NCBI GenBank assembly: GCA_029060065.1
Contig: JAIDUT010000023.1
Coordinates: forward strand, 14,342-78,341
Direction: 5' to 3'
From: Clostridia bacterium
GTDB taxonomy: Bacteria > Bacillota > Clostridia > Christensenellales > UBA3700
Length of the DNA stretch: 64,000 nt
Positions within the stretch are counted from its first letter, which is position 1; each line of letters opens with the position of its first letter. A program made the translations under genes and the position numbers. Below are positions 1 to 8,814 of this stretch, one piece after another. The notes beneath the pieces are model-generated. The model ran no database searches, had not been told where the DNA came from, and saw only the letters and a list, made by a program, of their open reading frames with translations.

Positions 1-1088
1 TGGCGGATAATCTCATTGCCTTCCGCATTCAAAAACTCTTCTCTCAAGACTTGTTTTTCGCCTTGCGTATATTTATCCCAATTACCGAGTTCTTTCTTCT
101 TTCTCAAGAAAGCATTGAAAGGAGCGGTGTAATTGTTGTCGATTTCAAATTGTTTGACAGCCGTAATAAATTCCGACACGGTATTTGCGCCACGGCAAAC
201 GTTGAGCCTATAGTACTCCTTTTCCTTTTTGTAATCAAGAGTACGGTCTTTATCATCCTTAACGTCGAAGTCGTCGGGATTACCGCCCTTGCAACGTACG
301 AAGTACCAAAGTCGGAACATCTTGTCGAGGTTACCCGAGTGAGGCGTAGCCGAAAGCAACACGCAATATGTCGAGTTGGCTCTCTTCTTAGTCACCATAA
401 GCAACGATAGCAATTTCATTGCCTTTGCGTACTCGCCCTCTTCCGTGCAGAGGTGATGCGCCTCGTCTACGACTACAACGTCGAAAAGCACGTCTTTAAT
501 TTGATTTTCATTCCACTTAACGAAGTCCTCAGTCTTGACGATAACAGGTCTTTTAGGACGTCTTACATATCCGTCGAGAACGTCGTCGCATTCTTCAAAG
601 TTCGGGTCTTTCACTTGCAATAGTACCCCTTCGCCCAGTCCGAAGAGATTTTCCAGTACGTTTATCCAGCTGTCGTATACCTGCGACGGTACGACAAGTA
701 AAAGCGACTTCATCTTGCCTCTCACGGCAAGTTCGCTTAAGATTGCGCACGCCTCGAACGTCTTACCGCTACCCACTACGTCTGCCAAAAGTCCGAATCC
801 TCTCAATTCTTTGAGAAAAATCGTAACCGCCGTCTGCTGTCCTTTGAGAATAGTCTGACCGCCCTTATCGGCAAGAGGAATTATACCGTACTTACCGCCC
901 TGATTCTTGTATACGTCAGGCTTGATTTTGAGCTGAGCAAAGTCATCGTACCTGTCGAGTTCTTCCGCGCACTTAGTCAACGTCGCCATTTTTGCGTCAA
1001 AAGGACGGACCTCTCCCGCTATCTTGGAGCGTTGCACGTCCTTGTCAAATGCGCCGTCGCCACATTTCAACGTAAATTTCTTTCCCAT
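1..1088 (-). CDS. SNF2/RapA-like superfamily-2 helicase, N-terminal ~362 codons (rest of gene lies left of the window)
   Basis: Absent from the ORF track because it runs off the edge. Manual minus-strand translation from ATG at 1088 (SD GGAGGG 5 nt upstream) gives MGKKFTLKCGDGAFDKDVQRSK... It shows helicase motif I LLADVVGSGKTFEA (about nt 745-790), motif II DVVVVDEAHHL (about nt 450-480) and motif III VLLSATPHSGN. The + strand track ORFs 51-410 and 535-858 are its antisense shadows. Confidence 0.75.
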   Translation of the reverse strand, partial: MGKKFTLKCGDGAFDKDVQRSKIAGEVRPFDAKMATLTKCAEELDRYDDFAQLKIKPDVYKNQGGKYGIIPLADKGGQTILKGQQTAVTIFLKELRGFGLLADVVGSGKTFEACAILSELAVRGKMKSLLLVVPSQVYDSWINVLENLFGLGEGVLLQVKDPNFEECDDVLDGYVRRPKRPVIVKTEDFVKWNENQIKDVLFDVVVVDEAHHLCTEEGEYAKAMKLLSLLMVTKKRANSTYCVLLSATPHSGNLDKMFRLWYFVRCKGGNPDDFDVKDDKDRTLDYKKEKEYYRLNVCRGANTVSEFITAVKQFEIDNNYTAPFNAFLRKKKELGNWDKYTQGEKQVLREEFLNAEGNEIIR

Positions 1089-1102
1089 TCTGCCCTCCGC
1101 TC

Positions 1103-3046
1103 TCAATCAGAACTCTCGACTTCAAAGTCGTCGACTCCGCTGAATTTTAATACTATGTTTTCGTAATACGTCTTTTTGGCATATCCTGAAGCTCCGTAAG
1201 GTCTGACGTATATCTCATTAAATCTGCCGTTCTTCATTACGTCGTTGTGTATAAACGGCGTAGCTCTGCCGTCGGCGTCTATCTTAACTCCCTCTCTAAA
1301 GTACAGGATTCCTTGGATTTCTACCCGCTTCAGATTTCCCTTATCCTTGCAGTAGAAAAGAATCTCGCCCTTATTTGCTCCGCCCGACACAACTTTGAGG
1401 TCTATGTCTTTTTCTCTCTGTCTTCTTATATCGCTGTCGGGATCTCCTATTACGTCGCCTTTTTTGCCTATCGTAGTAGAGAAAATCTCTTCGTTTTTCA
1501 CCCTATCCGACCAAGCGTCCCTATAATTGACATACGTCGAGCAAGAATACTCCCCGCCTTTGGGTGGAATAACTCTACCTCTCTCCAAAAAGATGTCGAG
1601 TATCTTTTTGTTTATACTTTTGTTGTACAGCCAAGTACCGTATGAAAGCGCAACCGCCATCTTGAGTTCGTATCCCATAAGCGCTACTATAGCTCCGCCC
1701 ACAGCGGGCGCAAAAGTCGAGTCTTCGTTAGAGAGTATCGTAAAGTTATCGTCTTCGCTCTTGTAGTCGTCGAACGTAATTATGTCTACTCTCAAATCGG
1801 CATTTTTCAACTCTTTGTCGAGATAATCTATCAACCCGTACGTTTCGCTGACTCCGCCCGAAAGCATAATTTTATCTACGTCGCGATTGAGAGTTCTCTT
1901 CAACTCGCTGACTATATAATCGGAAATCTTTTTTGCTACGCCCTCGCTATCCTTTATACCAACGCACTTGAGGAAATCTCCTCTCGTAACTGCGGTCTGT
2001 ACCACAACGTCGCGTTGAATGGACATCGTCACGCCGTCCTTGAAAGCAAGCTCGAAAATATCGTCGTCTAGCGAAAGCGCGGTCTTGGTCTTTTTGATTT
2101 CGTTGAGCGTCAAGAACTGCGTAGAGTGCAATCCTTTTTCGGCAATATATCCGTCCTCTCCCGAAGGTGGCGCGCCAACCGTTTCTCTGTCGGAGATTAC
2201 GCCCTCAACGTAATCTCTTAGCGCATAGTCGAAGTCGTTTCCGCCGATTTCCATGGGCTCGTTGTGTCCGTCTACACCGTCTATTATCATACTTCCCGAC
2301 GAATTTAACGTAAATTTACCGACAGATATATCTTCTTCTCCCATGTCGAAAATAACTACGGCGTCGCCTTTCTTTAACACCTGTCTATGGTAAGCAAAAA
2401 GTCCCAATGCTTTTGTGGACGAGAGAACTTTCTTCATCTCTTTCCCGCAAGCGCGGGTGGCAAGACGTTCGAGTTCTTCTACGTACTCCTTGCCCGCCTT
2501 AGTGGGATATACCAACGAATAATTGATATTTTCAAAGCTGATATCCTTCTCTTTCTGCAATCTTTGAATCGCAGGCATAACAGTCTTTTCTATCAAATAT
2601 CCGAAAAATTCTTGACACACCTCTTGCGGGGTCTTATTCCCCTCAAAGGTCATGTCCAAGTCCTCTGCCTTAGCAAAGTCCTCTGCAAGTTTTTTCCTGT
2701 TGGGAAAATAGAACTTGGGGAACGACTTTTTGTCGTAATAGTATTTTTTATTGCTTACTGTCACTCTTTTATCGCGACGAATTAGCAATAGCGACAGCAA
2801 CGACTTTATCTTAACTACGGTGACGAACGATTTATCTACGTTTTTGTACACCTCATTTCCAAAAAGCCACGTCGACGTATCCTCATCATAGTAAGCAATC
2901 GCGGGAACTATCACGCTCCCCGTTATATCGCAAGGAGCAAGTTTGCCGTATTCAACGCTCTTTTTTGACCCGAAAGCATACGCAACCTTGACGGTATCAC
3001 TGCCAAGGTCAATAGCAACTTCCAAATTCTTAACGAAATTCGTCAT
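1103..3046 (-). CDS. Hsp70/actin-fold (ASKHA) ATPase-like protein with divergent ~190-aa C-terminal domain
   Basis: 647 aa. Motifs are in Hsp70 order: AIDLGSDTVKVAY (phosphate-1), VVIFDMGEEDISVG (phosphate-2), KIMLSGGVSETYG (adenosine) and PAVGGAIVAL (end of NBD). The C-terminal region starts ALSYGTW (SBD-beta-like) and has no helical lid. SD AAGGAG lies 6 nt before the ATG. The stop is 14 nt before the helicase ATG. Confidence 0.7.
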   Translation of the reverse strand: MTNFVKNLEVAIDLGSDTVKVAYAFGSKKSVEYGKLAPCDITGSVIVPAIAYYDEDTSTWLFGNEVYKNVDKSFVTVVKIKSLLSLLLIRRDKRVTVSNKKYYYDKKSFPKFYFPNRKKLAEDFAKAEDLDMTFEGNKTPQEVCQEFFGYLIEKTVMPAIQRLQKEKDISFENINYSLVYPTKAGKEYVEELERLATRACGKEMKKVLSSTKALGLFAYHRQVLKKGDAVVIFDMGEEDISVGKFTLNSSGSMIIDGVDGHNEPMEIGGNDFDYALRDYVEGVISDRETVGAPPSGEDGYIAEKGLHSTQFLTLNEIKKTKTALSLDDDIFELAFKDGVTMSIQRDVVVQTAVTRGDFLKCVGIKDSEGVAKKISDYIVSELKRTLNRDVDKIMLSGGVSETYGLIDYLDKELKNADLRVDIITFDDYKSEDDNFTILSNEDSTFAPAVGGAIVALMGYELKMAVALSYGTWLYNKSINKKILDIFLERGRVIPPKGGEYSCSTYVNYRDAWSDRVKNEEIFSTTIGKKGDVIGDPDSDIRRQREKDIDLKVVSGGANKGEILFYCKDKGNLKRVEIQGILYFREGVKIDADGRATPFIHNDVMKNGRFNEIYVRPYGASGYAKKTYYENIVLKFSGVDDFEVESSD

Positions 3047-3399
3047 ACTCGCTCCTTAATTTTACAGATTCTTTTACAAGATAAATTATAACATAACTGA
3101 AATAAGTTTTCAATATATATTTATATTTATTACTACAAATATTTGGTATATTTTACAAAATTTTCTTGAATGCTCAATATGCGTCGAATTTTGGACTTAT
3201 CAACTAAAATACGATAACTTTTTCCAAGTTCTACATAAAAAATCACAATAAAATTACAAAACTATTGACTAAGACAGAATCTTGGATATACTAATATTGC
3301 ATAGGAAATGTTCCTTTGCGCTATGACATGGCATTAGTGAAATATCTAATGATTTAGAACTTCTGTTACGGCGGGAGTTCATTTTTTATGAAAAAATTA

Positions 3400-3542
3400 T
3401 CTCATTTCGGCGAGAAGCGAGAGGTGCAAGAGATAAAATAAAAAACCGTCACGCTTGCTAGTGCGACGGTTTGAGTTAAATACTGTATTTGGCGGAAAAG
3501 ACGCATATTAGAGTTGCGACTTCTCGCTTTGAACCGAACCTC
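3400..3542 (-). repeat. Copy 1 of a ~140-nt stop-codon-adjacent intergenic module (box A, hairpin, T-tract, box B)
   Basis: Box A at 3483-3517 (CTGTATTTGGCGGAAAAGACGCATATTAGAGTTGC) is near-identical to 16028-16061. Box B at 3406-3424 (TTCGGCGAGAAGCGAGAGG) matches 15923-15943. In both copies there are 12 nt between hairpin and box A, and 25-26 nt between box A and the upstream stop codon. Confidence 0.6.
3436..3472 (-). terminator. Rho-independent terminator of rpsF-ssb-rpsR
   Basis: Minus strand reads ACCGTCGCAC-TAGCAA-GCGTGACGGT followed by TTTTTTATTTT. It sits about 70 nt after the rpsR stop. Confidence 0.7.
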
Positions 3543-3794
3543 TTATTCAGCTACGTATGGAAGCAAAGCCATTTCCCTTGCTCTCTTAACGGCTTCGGTA
3601 ACAATTCTTTGGTGCTTTGCGCACGTACCGCTCATTCTTCTGGGAACAATCTTGCCCTTCTCCGTGATGAACTTGCGCAATTTTGCAACGTCTTTATAAT
3701 CTACTTCGTCCACGCCGTCTGCGCAAAAGATACAAACCTTTTTACGCGCCATAGGCTTTTTTGAAGGACGCTTAACTACCTTTTCTTCGCTCAT
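3543..3794 (-). CDS. rpsR: 30S ribosomal protein S18
   Basis: 83 aa. The stretch [48 protein letters not shown] is typical S18. SD AAGGAG present. Confidence 0.95.
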   Translation of the reverse strand: MSEEKVVKRPSKKPMARKKVCIFCADGVDEVDYKDVAKLRKFITEKGKIVPRRMSGTCAKHQRIVTEAVKRAREMALLPYVAE

Positions 3795-3810
3795 TGTCTA
3801 AATCTCCTTA

Positions 3811-4242
3811 TTAAAATGGTAAATCGTCTTCGTCTACGGGAGTCAAACCGCCGGCGTTTCTTCCGCCGTTATTCGAGCCGTATCCGTTATTCTCAGCGCT
3901 CTGAGTGTTGTCGCCGTCAGCTCTGCCGGCGCCGGATGGGAGAAATTCAACTTCATCGGCAATAACGTCGTACGAAGTACGCTTAGAACCGTCGTTTGCC
4001 GTATATTGACTTGTTTGAAGCGAGCCAACGACGCAAACCTTCCTACCTTTCTGCAAATTTTTAGCGCAACTCTCCGCCAAACCTCTCCAGCACGTGATGT
4101 TGAAGAAATCTGCCGTCGTTTCGTTATCTCTGCTAAATCTGCGATTTACAGCGATAGAAAATCTGCAATACTGTACTCCGCTCTGCGTAGTACCTGATTC
4201 CGGATCTCTCGTTAAATTGCCTATAAATATAACTTTGTTCAT
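3811..4242 (-). CDS. ssb: single-stranded DNA-binding protein
   Basis: 143 aa with an OB-fold N-terminus (MNKVIFIGNLTRDPE), a Gly/Asn-rich linker and the acidic tail DEDDLPF. Sits between rpsF and rpsR. Confidence 0.95.
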   Translation of the reverse strand: MNKVIFIGNLTRDPESGTTQSGVQYCRFSIAVNRRFSRDNETTADFFNITCWRGLAESCAKNLQKGRKVCVVGSLQTSQYTANDGSKRTSYDVIADEVEFLPSGAGRADGDNTQSAENNGYGSNNGGRNAGGLTPVDEDDLPF

Positions 4243-4256
4243 AATTTTCTCCTTAA

Positions 4257-4538
4257 TTACTTTTTGATAATCATTGATCTTACGACTTCGTCAGTAATAC
4301 GGTTCAATCTCTTCAGTTCTTCAGGAACGTTAGCAGGAGCCGTAAAGTTTACCAAAACGTAATAGCCTTCAGTGGTGTAGTCGATTGGGTAAGCGTACTT
4401 CTTAGTACCCCACTTATCAGTGCTTTCGATTTCTCCGCCGTTTGACGTGATAACCGAAGCCATTTTGTCAACTACTTCCTGTTTTGCCTCGTCGGTAATA
4501 TCATTCTTGATGATATACAACATTTCGTACTTGCTCAT
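4257..4538 (-). CDS. rpsF: 30S ribosomal protein S6
   Basis: 93 aa, MSKYEMLYIIKNDI...WGTKKYAYPI. SD AAAGGAGG present. Confidence 0.95.
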   Translation of the reverse strand: MSKYEMLYIIKNDITDEAKQEVVDKMASVITSNGGEIESTDKWGTKKYAYPIDYTTEGYYVLVNFTAPANVPEELKRLNRITDEVVRSMIIKK

Positions 4539-4627
4539 TTTAATACCTCCTTTTGGTCTAATGGTTCAAACTTTTTAGTTTGAACAAGGGTGCGCATCTC
4601 CTCGTATTGCATAGAAGATACGTTAGA
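4539..4627 (-). promoter_or_regulatory. rpsF 5' leader with 8-bp hairpin (possible S6:S18 autoregulatory leader)
   Basis: The ~85-nt leader contains GTTCAAAC-TAAAAA-GTTTGAAC just upstream of the SD. Assignment to the published rpsF leader motif rests on context only, not on a covariance-model match. Confidence 0.35.
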
Positions 4628-4656
4628 ATAATATCATAATAAATCCAAGTTGTAAA
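4628..4656 (-). promoter_or_regulatory. sigma-A-type promoter of rpsF operon
   Basis: Minus strand reads TTTACA, a 17-nt spacer ending TGa, then TATTAT (extended -10). Confidence 0.6.
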
Positions 4657-4693
4657 GAAAAAACAACCTATTTTGAATTATTTTTATTTTAAT

Positions 4694-6139
4694 CTATAAA
4701 TTGTTTGCCAGCAATTCGATTGAAAAATCCAAACGACGCATACTCTCTTCTTTGCCTAGAAGTTCAGCCATTTCCGTAGCTCCGCCGGGAGTACTTGCCA
4801 CTCCCGTCAACGCAAGTCTAAGCGGTAAAAATACCTGTCCGCTCTTACAAGCAAGTTTTTCGGCAAGTTGCGACAGCTTTTCTTTGAGCGCTTCATCCGT
4901 CCACTTTTCAAAACTCTTTAGTTCTTCTTTGACGGCTTTCAGATTATTGAGCGCCATTTCCTTTGTTATCTTCATTTTCTTATGCTCGAACATTGCCGTA
5001 TCGTACTCGCCGAACTCCTCGAGAAAGTCCACTTTCTCGGGTATCTCTCCAAGCACTTCTACTCTCGGTATCAAGAGTTTCGCCAAAGCAAAGTAGTCGT
5101 ATTTACCCGCAACTTTGCTCTTATCAAAATACGGTTTAGCCACTTCTACAAATTCATTAGGCGTCATTTGTTTGATATACTCGCCGTTGAGCCAACGCAT
5201 CTTCGCTTCGTCGAAAATACTCGGCGACTTGGAAATACCGTCCACGTCAAACTGCTCAATAAGCTCGTCCATACTCAACTTTTCGTCCGTGCCCTTTGGC
5301 GACCAGCCGAGAAGCGCAATATAGTTGACGATTGCCTTTGGCAAATAACCCTTCTCCAAAAAGTCCTCAAAGTTGGCGTCGCCGTATCTCTTGGACAGTT
5401 TGCGTTGAGCGTCTTTCATGATAGGCGATAAGTGCATATAATTGGGTCTTTGCCAACCGAAAGCGTCGTACATTAGATTGTATTTAGGCGTAGAAGAAAG
5501 GTACTCAACGCCTCTGATAACGTAATTAATTGCCATAAGGTGGTCGTCCACTACGTTGGCAAAATTGTACGTAGGCATACCGTCGGACTTTATGAGTACG
5601 CCGTCCTCCATATCTTCATTAGGCACGCTGATATGACCGAATACCATATCGTCGTATTCGCTTACGCCCTCGGTAGGTATATTTTGTCTTATGACGTACG
5701 CGTCTCCTCTTGCAAGCCTTTTTTGAACTTCTTCTTTTGAAAGGGACAAACAATGCTTGTCATACTTGCCTACGCCCTTGTCGTCCTTGAGAGAATCAAG
5801 TCTTTGCTTGTCGCAGAAGCAGTAGTACGCTCCGCCTTTTTCGACAAGTTCTTTAGCATAATCGAGATAGAGCGATTTCCTCTCGCTTTGGATATACGGT
5901 CCGTAACCGCCGTCCTTATCGGGACCTTCGTCATGCTCGATACCCGCCTTTTTAAGCGTGGAATATATCACGTCTACGGCTCCTTCGACGTATCTTTCTT
6001 GGTCGGTATCCTCTATTCTCAACACGAACTCTCCGCCGTTTTTCTTGGCGAAAAGATAGGCGTAAAGACACGTCCTCAAATTACCTATATGCATAAACCC
6101 CGTAGGCGACGGCGCAAATCTTGTTCTAACTTTGCTCAT
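4694..6139 (-). CDS. gltX: glutamate--tRNA ligase
   Basis: 481 aa. RFAPSPTGFMHIGNLRT (HIGH region) and KLSKRYG (KMSKS-like region). Confidence 0.95.
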   Translation of the reverse strand: MSKVRTRFAPSPTGFMHIGNLRTCLYAYLFAKKNGGEFVLRIEDTDQERYVEGAVDVIYSTLKKAGIEHDEGPDKDGGYGPYIQSERKSLYLDYAKELVEKGGAYYCFCDKQRLDSLKDDKGVGKYDKHCLSLSKEEVQKRLARGDAYVIRQNIPTEGVSEYDDMVFGHISVPNEDMEDGVLIKSDGMPTYNFANVVDDHLMAINYVIRGVEYLSSTPKYNLMYDAFGWQRPNYMHLSPIMKDAQRKLSKRYGDANFEDFLEKGYLPKAIVNYIALLGWSPKGTDEKLSMDELIEQFDVDGISKSPSIFDEAKMRWLNGEYIKQMTPNEFVEVAKPYFDKSKVAGKYDYFALAKLLIPRVEVLGEIPEKVDFLEEFGEYDTAMFEHKKMKITKEMALNNLKAVKEELKSFEKWTDEALKEKLSQLAEKLACKSGQVFLPLRLALTGVASTPGGATEMAELLGKEESMRRLDFSIELLANNL

Positions 6140-6276
6140 AATACTATCCTTTTTGCGTTTTTGTGATATTTTCGTTTAATAATATAACACATTCTCGTCA
6201 AATTGTGTATAATATTTATGCAATAAATCAAAAAAATGTATCCGATGTTTCGTCGAAGCGGGTACGAAGGAGTTAA

Positions 6277-7584
6277 ATGAAAGATTATTTTCAAGAGATG
6301 GTACAAAAGACAATGCAACTTATAGCTATTGACAGCGTGCAATCTGCTCCCTGTCCTGCCTCGCCTTTCGGCGAGGGCGTAGCCAAATGTCTGGACCTCG
6401 TATGCGATACTGCAAGCGCCATGGGAATGATTACCCATAACGAGGGCGGATATTACTGCACTTGCGACGTTGGCGAAGGCGAAACGTTCGGCATACTCGG
6501 GCATATAGACGTAGTACCGTATGACGACGATTGGTCGGCAAATCCTCTTGGCGAGATTAAAGGCGATACTATATACGGCAGAGGTATTCTCGACGACAAA
6601 GGACCTATGATATGCTGTCTTTACGCCGTACACCAACTGCTTGAAGAGGGATATAAACCAAAGTGCAAAATTCGATTTATCTTCGGCGGAAACGAAGAGA
6701 GCGGATGGAAGTGCATAGACAAATATAACGAAGTAGACGTAATGCCTGCGCGCGGTTTTTCACCCGACGGCGACTTCCCTGTAATAAATTGCGAAAAGGG
6801 CTTAGTGGGATACGATATATACCTAGACGTCCCAAAAGGTATGATAGCGCTCGACGGCGGAAGTCGCGGTAATATAGTGATGTCCAAGTGCGCTTGCGTA
6901 ATGGACGGCGAATTGTACGGCGATAATAAAGAAAAACTGCAAGTAGAGATTAAGGACGGTAAGACATATATCACTGCTTACGGCAAACCTGCTCACGCCT
7001 CTACCCCTTGGGAGGGCGACAACGCGTTTTGGAAATTGCTTGAATTTTTGAGCGATAACCTCGGCGGTGAGTATACTATCCTCAAAGAAAAACTATGTCA
7101 TAACGACGGCAGTGGCGCTAACGTCAAACTATCTGACGAGAAGAGCGGAAAACTCACTTTTAACGTAGGCGTAGCAAAGATAGAAAAAGCCTTGGACGGC
7201 GAGGTAAAACTTCACCTTATCGTCGATATAAGACATCCAGTTACGTATACCAAAGAAGAGATACTGAAAATTTTGCAAAAAAGCCTTGGGACCGAGCAAG
7301 TGAGCGTACGCAATTTCCACGACCCGCTCTATATCGACAAGGACAACGACCTTGTGCAAAGCCTGCTTAAATCGTACAACGATGTCACAGGCGAAAATGC
7401 GTCCCCTATTACCATTGGCGGAGGCACTTACGCAAGAGCGCTCAAATGCGGAGTAGCTTTCGGTCCAATGTTCCCGGGTATGGAAAGCACTATTCACCAA
7501 AAAGACGAAAGAGTAAGCATTGTCGATTTCAAAAAAATGTACGACGTGTACTATACGGCAATCAAGCAGTTGCTCTTTAAGTAA
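6277..7584 (+). CDS. M20-family dipeptidase (PepV/Sapep-like)
   Basis: 435 aa. GHIDVVP, DDKGP and GGNEESG metal-ligand motifs of M20 peptidases. SD GAAGGAG present. Confidence 0.85.
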   Translation: MKDYFQEMVQKTMQLIAIDSVQSAPCPASPFGEGVAKCLDLVCDTASAMGMITHNEGGYYCTCDVGEGETFGILGHIDVVPYDDDWSANPLGEIKGDTIYGRGILDDKGPMICCLYAVHQLLEEGYKPKCKIRFIFGGNEESGWKCIDKYNEVDVMPARGFSPDGDFPVINCEKGLVGYDIYLDVPKGMIALDGGSRGNIVMSKCACVMDGELYGDNKEKLQVEIKDGKTYITAYGKPAHASTPWEGDNAFWKLLEFLSDNLGGEYTILKEKLCHNDGSGANVKLSDEKSGKLTFNVGVAKIEKALDGEVKLHLIVDIRHPVTYTKEEILKILQKSLGTEQVSVRNFHDPLYIDKDNDLVQSLLKSYNDVTGENASPITIGGGTYARALKCGVAFGPMFPGMESTIHQKDERVSIVDFKKMYDVYYTAIKQLLFK

Positions 7585-7601
7585 AAAATGTGATATAATG
7601 T

Positions 7602-7630
7602 AGCCGTCGGCAAAAGTCGACGGCTTTTTT
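7602..7630 (+). terminator. Rho-independent terminator after dipeptidase gene
   Basis: AGCCGTCG-GCAAAAGT-CGACGGCT followed by TTTTTT. Confidence 0.8.
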
Positions 7631-7647
7631 AGTTTAGGGAGTGTGCT

Positions 7648-8814
7648 ATGCGAGTAGAATTGGATAAGAATATAGAAAGGATATTGACAGAGAAATACAT
7701 GCACCGTGACGAACTTCTGAGCGAATACGCCACAAAGGATTCTATGGCAATACGCAAAGACGCCTATACGCCGAAAATCTTCAGACGGCAGTTTATCCGA
7801 GATTGCGAAGTAATCCTAAACTTACCGCTTTTCAACAGATATGCAGGCAAAACTCAAGTTTTCTCACTACTCGACAACGACGATATATCCACTCGCGCTT
7901 ATCACGTACAACTCGTATCGAGAATTGCCCGCACGATAGGCTCGGCGCTTTCGCTCAACTGCGATTTAATAGAGGCTATTGCATTAGCGCACGACCTAGG
8001 TCACTGCCCTTTCGGTCACCGCGGAGAAAAACTGCTCGACAACGTAGCTAAGAGAAACGGATATAGATTTTTCCACCATGTGCAAGGCGCAAGATACCTC
8101 TTGAGCGTAGTTAAAAGCGACTTGTCATTGCAAGTAATCGACGGCGTGCTCTGTCACAACGGCGAAGAGATTTTGCCGTGCTATGCGCCCAACGAAAAGT
8201 CTTGCAGAACTTTCGATGATTTGCAAGAGAAACTCGATTTGGCTTACTTAGGAAAACTCAACGACACCGACCTTATGGCAAGCACCTTAGAGGGCTGTCT
8301 TGTGCGCATATGCGACGTTATAGCATACGTAGGCAAAGACAGACAAGACGCGGAAAGGTTGAGATACGTGCGTTTTAACGACTTCTCCGACACGATATTA
8401 GGCAAATATAATCACGAGATAATTTCTTCCCTCTGCGCCGATATTATAAATAATTCTTTGGGTAAAAATCACATCAAAATGAGCGATAAAGCGTACGACG
8501 CGCTTATGAAAATAAAGGACGAAAACTACGCCTTGATATACAAAGGCGACCACTCTGAAGTTGACGGCTACAGCGAAGATAAATTGCAAAATATCGTAAA
8601 CGACGTATTTAATTTATTACTTGACGACTTAAATAACGATAGAAAAATCATAGACAAATATTATCGTCCGTATATCTACCCCAATACCCCAAAAGTAGAC
8701 GAATACTTTGAAGAAAACAAAGATTTTCCGCATAGAGTTGCAATCGATATGATAGCAAGTATGAGCGATAAGTATCTATTGACGTTCCATGAAAAACACT
8801 GCAAAAACGCTTAA
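7648..8814 (+). CDS. HD-domain dNTP triphosphohydrolase-like protein (dGTPase family)
   Basis: 388 aa. YHVQLVSRIA...AHDLGHCPFGHRGE matches the dGTPase/SAMHD1-type HD motif. Confidence 0.8.
   Translation: MRVELDKNIERILTEKYMHRDELLSEYATKDSMAIRKDAYTPKIFRRQFIRDCEVILNLPLFNRYAGKTQVFSLLDNDDISTRAYHVQLVSRIARTIGSALSLNCDLIEAIALAHDLGHCPFGHRGEKLLDNVAKRNGYRFFHHVQGARYLLSVVKSDLSLQVIDGVLCHNGEEILPCYAPNEKSCRTFDDLQEKLDLAYLGKLNDTDLMASTLEGCLVRICDVIAYVGKDRQDAERLRYVRFNDFSDTILGKYNHEIISSLCADIINNSLGKNHIKMSDKAYDALMKIKDENYALIYKGDHSEVDGYSEDKLQNIVNDVFNLLLDDLNNDRKIIDKYYRPYIYPNTPKVDEYFEENKDFPHRVAIDMIASMSDKYLLTFHEKHCKNA

Noticed and set aside
3388-3441. 17-codon sORF MKKLSHFGEKREVQEIK with a GGGAG upstream, inside repeat copy 1.
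   Set aside because: The homologous stretch in copy 2 (15923-15955) has no start codon and an upstream in-frame TGA. Conservation is therefore at nucleotide level, not coding.
6140-6276. T-box leader upstream of gltX.
   Set aside because: Only 137 nt are shared with the divergent dipeptidase promoter. No specifier or T-box sequence and no terminator/antiterminator pair was seen.
7648-8814. dGTPase-like HD protein as a nucleotide-depletion anti-phage gene.
   Set aside because: It sits among housekeeping genes with native-looking composition and no defence neighbours. This short dGTPase-like form is common as a housekeeping gene in Firmicutes. Nothing in the sequence argues for a defence role.
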